Assembly: GCF_042660085.1 (NCBI RefSeq)
Contig: NZ_JBHSTI010000002.1
Coordinates: 330,001-362,000 of the forward strand
Reading direction: 5' to 3'
Length of the DNA: 32,000 bases
Source of the DNA: Longivirga aurantiaca
GTDB lineage: Bacteria > Actinomycetota > Actinomycetes > S36-B12 > CAIYMF01
Made by a program: the position numbers and the translations under genes. Below the pieces are notes generated by a model. That model ran no database searches. It had not been told where the DNA came from and saw only the letters and a program-made list of their open reading frames with translations. This document shows, piece by piece, positions 27,877 through 32,000 of the stretch (its first letter is position 1; the number at the start of each line of letters is the position of its first letter).

Positions 27877-29004
27877 TCAGGCGGTCGGGTGGTAGCCGCT
27901 CGGGGCGACCATCTCGGCGTCCCAGCCGGGCACCGACTCGGGCTTGCGGGGCGCGGGGCCGACGTACCTCGCGCTCGGGCGGATCAGGCGGCCGGTGCGC
28001 TTCTGCTCGAGGATGTGCGCGCTCCAGCCCGCGAGGCGGGCGCAGGTGAACATCGAGGTGAACATGTGCGCGGGCACCTGGGCGAAGTCCAGGACGATCG
28101 CGGCCCAGAACTCCACGTTGGTCTCGAGCACGCGGTCGGGCCGGCGCTCGCGCAGCTCGGCGAGCGCGGCCTGCTCGAGGGCCACGGCGACCTCGTAGCG
28201 CGGGGCGTCGAGCTCGCGCGCCGTACGGCGCAGCACGCGGGCGCGCGGGTCCTCGGCGCGGTAGACGCGGTGGCCGAAGCCCATGAGGCGGTCGCCCTTG
28301 TCGAGGACGCCGCGCACGTAGTGGCGGGCGTCGCCGTCCTGCTCGACGCCCTCGATCATGGTGAGCACGCGGGCGGGTGCACCGCCGTGCAGCGGGCCCG
28401 ACATGGCGCCGACCGCCCCCGACAGGGCTGCCGCGACGTCGGCGCCGGTGGAGGCGATGACGCGGGCGGTGAAGGTCGAGGCGTTCATGCCGTGCTCGGC
28501 CGCGGAGACGAAGTAGGCGTCGACCGCCTGCACGTGCTTGGGGTCGGGCTCGCCGCGCCAGCGGATGAGCATGCGCTCGACGACGGTCTCGGCCTCGTCG
28601 ATGCGCGACTGCGGCACCATCGGCTTGCCGATGCCGCGTGCGCTCTGCGCGACGAACGACATCGCCATGACCGAGGCGCGGGCGAGCTCGTCGCGGGCCT
28701 TGTCGTCGTCGATGTCGAGCAGCGGCTCGAGGCCCCACGCCGGGGCGAGCATCGCGAGCGCCGACTGGACGTCGACGCGCACGTCACCGGAGTGGACCGG
28801 GATCGGGAACGGCTCGGCCGGCGGGAGGCCGGGGTTGAACTCGTTGTCGACCAGCAGGCCCCAGACATTGCCGTACGAGACGCGGCCGACGAGATCCTCG
28901 ATGTCGACGCCGCGGTAGCGCAGCGCGCTGCCTTCCTTGTCCGGCTCGGCGATCTCGGTCTCGAAGGCGATGACGCCCTCGAGCCCGGGGACGAAGTCCG
29001 ACAT
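27877..29004 (-). CDS. citA: Citrate synthase (type 2, CitA-like)
   Basis: MSDFVPGLEGVIAFETEIAEPDKEGSALRYRGVDIEDLVGRVSYGNVWGLLVDNE...EHGMNASTFTARVIASTGADVAAALSGAVGAMSGPLHGGAPARV...LMGFGHRVYRAEDPRA: citrate synthase signatures. Confidence 0.97.
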   Translation of the reverse strand: MSDFVPGLEGVIAFETEIAEPDKEGSALRYRGVDIEDLVGRVSYGNVWGLLVDNEFNPGLPPAEPFPIPVHSGDVRVDVQSALAMLAPAWGLEPLLDIDDDKARDELARASVMAMSFVAQSARGIGKPMVPQSRIDEAETVVERMLIRWRGEPDPKHVQAVDAYFVSAAEHGMNASTFTARVIASTGADVAAALSGAVGAMSGPLHGGAPARVLTMIEGVEQDGDARHYVRGVLDKGDRLMGFGHRVYRAEDPRARVLRRTARELDAPRYEVAVALEQAALAELRERRPDRVLETNVEFWAAIVLDFAQVPAHMFTSMFTCARLAGWSAHILEQKRTGRLIRPSARYVGPAPRKPESVPGWDAEMVAPSGYHPTA

Positions 29005-29052
29005 GCGCGTGCTCCCGTTCGTCGTGGCGCGCGAGGGGCACGCCGGTGTGCT

Positions 29053-29091
29053 GGCCGCTCCTGTGGGAGCGGCCGAGGAGGTGTCACCTCC
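29053..29091 (-). promoter_or_regulatory. Two adjacent hairpins in citrate synthase 5' leader / divergent intergenic region
   Basis: GGCCGCTCC-TGTG-GGAGCGGCC (29053-29074) and GGAGGTG-T-CACCTCC (29077-29091). Confidence 0.45.
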
Positions 29092-29264
29092 GACGGCGCC
29101 GGGACCCGGTGGGATCCCCGCCGACGCTGCCCATCCTGGCAAACGGGGGTCCGCGGCGGGAGCGGAGGGCTGGATCCGTGGCATCCGGGCTGTGTGACGT
29201 GCGGCGCGGTGCCGCAGGTACGGCGTACCGCGCGGGCCGAGGCGGGGCGCGGGAGGATGGGGCC

Positions 29265-29969
29265 GTGAGCGACTTCGCGGCCGGGCCGCAGCACGACCTC
29301 GCGGGGATGCGGCTGCACTACGACCAGGGGCGGCTCGTCGAGGGCGACCTCGCGCCGACCCCGGGGGAGCAGTTCGCCCGGTGGCTGGCCGACGCCGTCG
29401 CCGCGGAGGTGGTCGAGCCGAACGCCATGGTGCTCGCGACGTCGGACGCCGACGGAGTGCCGAGCGGTCGCACCGTGCTGCTCAAGGCAGCGGACCCGCG
29501 CGGCTTCGTCTTCTACTCCAACCACCAGTCGCAGAAGGGGCGGGCGCTCGCCGCCAACCCGCGCGCCTCGCTGGTGTTCCCCTGGTACGCGCTCACGCGG
29601 CAGGTGGTCGTGGTCGGCGAGGTCGAGCAGGTGTCGCGCGAGGAGGCGCAGGCGTACTTCTCGTCGCGGCCGTACGGCTCCCGCCTCGGTGCCTGGGCGT
29701 CGGCGCAGTCGACCGTGATCGCCTCGCGCGACGTGCTCAAGGCGCGGTACGCCGAGCTCTCGGCGGTGTTCCCCGACACGGGGTCGGCCTCGGACGTGCC
29801 GCTGCCTGACGCGTGGGGCGGGTACGTCGTACGCCCGGTGTCGGTCGAGTTCTGGCAGGGCCGGCCCTCGCGCCTGCACGACCGCCTGCGCTTCGTGCGC
29901 CTCGACGAGTCCGCGCCGTCCGCCCTCGACGACCCCACCGCCTGGCGCACCGAACGCCTCAGCCCCTGA
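29265..29969 (+). CDS. pdxH: Pyridoxamine/pyridoxine 5'-phosphate oxidase
   Basis: MRLHYDQGRLVEGDLAPTPGEQFARWLADAVAAEVVEPNAMVLATSDADGVPSGRTVLLKAADPRGFVFYSNHQSQKGRALAANPRASLVFPWYALTRQVVVVGEVEQVSREEAQAYFSSRPYGSRLGAWASAQS. GTG start. Confidence 0.98.
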   Translation: MSDFAAGPQHDLAGMRLHYDQGRLVEGDLAPTPGEQFARWLADAVAAEVVEPNAMVLATSDADGVPSGRTVLLKAADPRGFVFYSNHQSQKGRALAANPRASLVFPWYALTRQVVVVGEVEQVSREEAQAYFSSRPYGSRLGAWASAQSTVIASRDVLKARYAELSAVFPDTGSASDVPLPDAWGGYVVRPVSVEFWQGRPSRLHDRLRFVRLDESAPSALDDPTAWRTERLSP

Positions 29970-29975
29970 CCCACT

Positions 29976-30041
29976 GCACTTCTCCGCCCTGAGGGCCGAT
30001 CACGGCAGTTCGACTGCACCTTCTGACCCTTGCTCGTGATC
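29976..30041 (+). repeat. Dispersed repeat family 2, copy C2
   Basis: gcacttctccgccctgagggccgatcacggcagttcgactgcaccttctgacccttgctcgtgatc; contains GCAGT-TCG-ACTGC hairpin. Confidence 0.8.
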
Positions 30042-30108
30042 TTCGACGTCGAGATCACGTCGTACGCCGGGGAGCCCGCTGGTCCGGCGGCACGTAGGGT
30101 CGGCGCTC

Positions 30109-31362
30109 GTGGCCCGCCTCTTCGCCGATCTCTCGCCCCTGCGGGCATCGGCCGACTACCGGCGGATCATCCTCGCGCACGGCGTCAGCAACATCGGGCA
30201 GCAGATGACGGCGGTCGCGGTCGGCATCCAGGTCTACGCGCTCACGCAGTCGTCGTTGGCCGTCGGGCTCGTCGGCCTGTTCCAGCTCGTGCCGCTCATC
30301 GGCTTCGGCCTCTACGGCGGCGCGATGTCCGACACGCACGACCGCCGCACGCTCGGGCTCGTCGCCGCGCTCGGCCTCATGGGCTGCGCCGGCATCCTGG
30401 TCGCGCAGTCGGCGCTCGGCCTCGGATCGGTCGCCGTGCTGTACGCCGTCGTCGCGATCCAGTCGGCGTTCTTCGCGATCGGGAACCCCGCACGCCAGGC
30501 GATCATCCCGCGGCTGATCGCGCCCGAGATGCTGCCGGCCGCGAACGCGCTCGGCATGCTCGCGTGGGGCCTCGGCTTCACCGTCGGGCCGCTCGTCGGC
30601 GGGTTCGTCATCGCAGCCACCGGCGGTGTCGCGTGGGCGTACGCCGCCGACCTCGTGCTGTTCACCGGCGTCGTCTACGCGATGTGGCGGCTGCGCCCCG
30701 TGCCTCCCGAGGCGGCTGCGGAGGACCGGCGTACCGGCTGGGCCGCGGTGGGCGAGGGCCTGCGCTTCCTGCGCGGCAAGCACAACCTGCAGATGTCGTT
30801 CTACGTCGACATCGCGGCGATGGTGTTCGGCATGCCGCGCGCCCTCTTCCCGGCGATCGCGGCGGCGATGTACGCCGACGACCCGAAGATGGCCGCGACG
30901 GCGGCAGGCATCCTGTACGCCGCGCCCGCCGCCGGTGCGCTCGTCTCCGGCGTGCTGTCCGGTCCGCTCGGGCGGGTGCGGCGGCACGGGCTCGCGATCG
31001 TGCTGTCGGTGTTCGCCTGGGGTCTCGCGATCGCGGTGTTCGGGCTCGTCAGCTGGCTGCCGCTCGCGGCGCTCATGCTCGCGCTGGCCGGAGCCGCCGA
31101 CAACGTGAGCGCGGTGTTCCGGTCGACCATGCTGCAGTCGGCGACGCCGGACGAGTTCCGCGGACGCCTGCAGGGCGTGTTCACCGTCGTGGTCGCCGGT
31201 GGTCCGCGGCTCGGCGACGTCGAGTCCGGTGCTGTCGCCGCCCTGGCGGGCGAGCAGTTCTCGGTGGTGAGCGGCGGTGTCGCGTGCATCGCCATCACCG
31301 CGGCGCTCGTCGCGAAGTACCCCGGGTTCCTGGCGTACGACGCCGAGAACCCCGTGCCCTGA
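30109..31362 (+). CDS. MFS transporter (EntS/enterobactin exporter-like)
   Basis: VARLFADLSPLRASADYRRIILAHGVSNIGQQMTAVAVGIQVYALTQSSLAVGLVGLFQLVPLIGFGLYGGAMSDTHDRRTLGLVAAL...; MFS motif A. Confidence 0.94.
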   Translation: MARLFADLSPLRASADYRRIILAHGVSNIGQQMTAVAVGIQVYALTQSSLAVGLVGLFQLVPLIGFGLYGGAMSDTHDRRTLGLVAALGLMGCAGILVAQSALGLGSVAVLYAVVAIQSAFFAIGNPARQAIIPRLIAPEMLPAANALGMLAWGLGFTVGPLVGGFVIAATGGVAWAYAADLVLFTGVVYAMWRLRPVPPEAAAEDRRTGWAAVGEGLRFLRGKHNLQMSFYVDIAAMVFGMPRALFPAIAAAMYADDPKMAATAAGILYAAPAAGALVSGVLSGPLGRVRRHGLAIVLSVFAWGLAIAVFGLVSWLPLAALMLALAGAADNVSAVFRSTMLQSATPDEFRGRLQGVFTVVVAGGPRLGDVESGAVAALAGEQFSVVSGGVACIAITAALVAKYPGFLAYDAENPVP

Positions 31363-31393
31363 CGCCGTCGGATCCGCTCTGCGGGACGGTCTC

Positions 31394-31436
31394 GGGTCAG
31401 AAAGCGCAGTCCAACTGCCGTGATCGACCCTCAGGG
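31394..31436 (-). repeat. Dispersed repeat family 2, copy C3 (inverted relative to C2)
   Basis: Reverse complement ccctgagggtcgatcacggcagttggactgcgctttctgaccc is 39/43 identical to the core of C2. Confidence 0.82.
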
Positions 31437-31470
31437 CCCACAGAGAATCGACCCTCAGGGCCCACAGAGA
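31423..31470 (+). repeat. Perfect 24-nt tandem direct duplication
   Basis: atcgaccctcagggcccacagaga at 31423-31446 and again at 31447-31470. Confidence 0.95.
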
Positions 31471-31480
31471 GAGGACGGAG

Positions 31481-31499
31481 CGCGCCCGTCAAGGGCGCG
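31481..31499. terminator. Hairpin, probable terminator for convergent genes
   Basis: CGCGCCC-GTCAA-GGGCGCG. Confidence 0.55.
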
Positions 31500-31528
31500 A
31501 TCTGTCCTGAGCGGGTGGGATCGGGCCC

Positions 31529-32000
31529 TCAGGGGCGGTGGGTGAGCCAGGTGTGGAGGAGCTCGGCGGTGACGGCGTCGAGGTCGAGGCCGCGGCGTGC
31601 GGCCTCCTTCTCGGCGGCCTTGGCGAGCTTCTTCGGCAGCTTCACCTTGACCGTGGCGAGCGAGCCGGTCAGGAGGGCGGCGTCGGCCTTGGCGCGCTTC
31701 TTGGCCGCCTTGTCGGCGTTCTCCGCCGCTGCCGCAGCCGGGGCGTCGGTACGGCGCAGATGGTCCGAGGTGGTGCCGGAGAACCCGGTGCGCTTGCGCT
31801 TGTTCTTCACAGGAACCGCCGGCGGGGTCTGGTAGCGCTTGGACTTCTTCGGCGTCGCGGGGACGGCCGGCTCGGCCGCGATCTCGGCGGCCGCAGCGCT
31901 CGGGTCCGGCTCGGCCGGTACGGGTGTCGGCTTGGTGGCCTTCGCGGACCTGGCAGCGGCCGAGGCGGGCGCCGCACCTGCTCCGGCGGCCTTCGCCGGG
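31529..32000 (-). CDS. Hypothetical Lys/Ala/Pro-rich protein (partial, runs off window edge)
   Basis: Minus frame stays open to the window end: ...AKATKPTPVPAEPDPSAAAAEIAAEPAVPATPKKSKRYQTPPAVPVKNKRKRTGFSGTTSDHLRRTDAP...TVKVKLPKKLAKAAEKEAARRGLDLDAVTAELLHTWLTHRP. Confidence 0.55.
   Translation of the reverse strand, partial: PAKAAGAGAAPASAAARSAKATKPTPVPAEPDPSAAAAEIAAEPAVPATPKKSKRYQTPPAVPVKNKRKRTGFSGTTSDHLRRTDAPAAAAAENADKAAKKRAKADAALLTGSLATVKVKLPKKLAKAAEKEAARRGLDLDAVTAELLHTWLTHRP

Overview
High-GC actinobacterial chromosomal window (Nocardioidaceae-like codon usage and gene content, inferred). I find no CRISPR array, tRNA/rRNA, transposase or phage module. It holds about 28 supportable protein genes, mostly housekeeping: gpgS-like fragment, threonine-synthase-like protein, MoaD/ThiS-like sulfur carrier, groEL, pheA, two tail-to-tail GNATs, an SDR, an LtrA-family protein, XPB-type helicase and its helicase-associated partner, VOC/GNAT/enolase-superfamily (OSBS/NSAR) cluster, HAD phosphatase, NAD-epimerase, Csp-like protein, DUF3027, DUF2530, mycothiol-dependent enzyme, methyltransferase, two MFS transporters, serC, citrate synthase and pdxH. 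The strongest regulatory and metabolic signal is at 556-2392. A SAM-I (S-box) riboswitch precedes a threonine synthase homolog, followed by a GG-terminated sulfur carrier protein. This fits the recently reported MetM/MetO route, in which a ThrC-like enzyme makes homocysteine from O-phosphohomoserine using a protein thiocarboxylate, better than it fits ordinary threonine synthesis. Other signals: two tandem CIRCE elements before groEL; a 63-nt palindromic repeat in two inverted copies 15 kb apart; a second repeat family (GATCACGGCAGTTNNACTGC core) in three copies, two of which flank an MFS gene in inverted orientation; a very strong hairpin at 16726-16778; a nested inverted repeat at 8345-8406; and a few small ORFs missed by a minimum-length filter. 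All calls come from reading the sequence and from remembered family knowledge. No database search was run.
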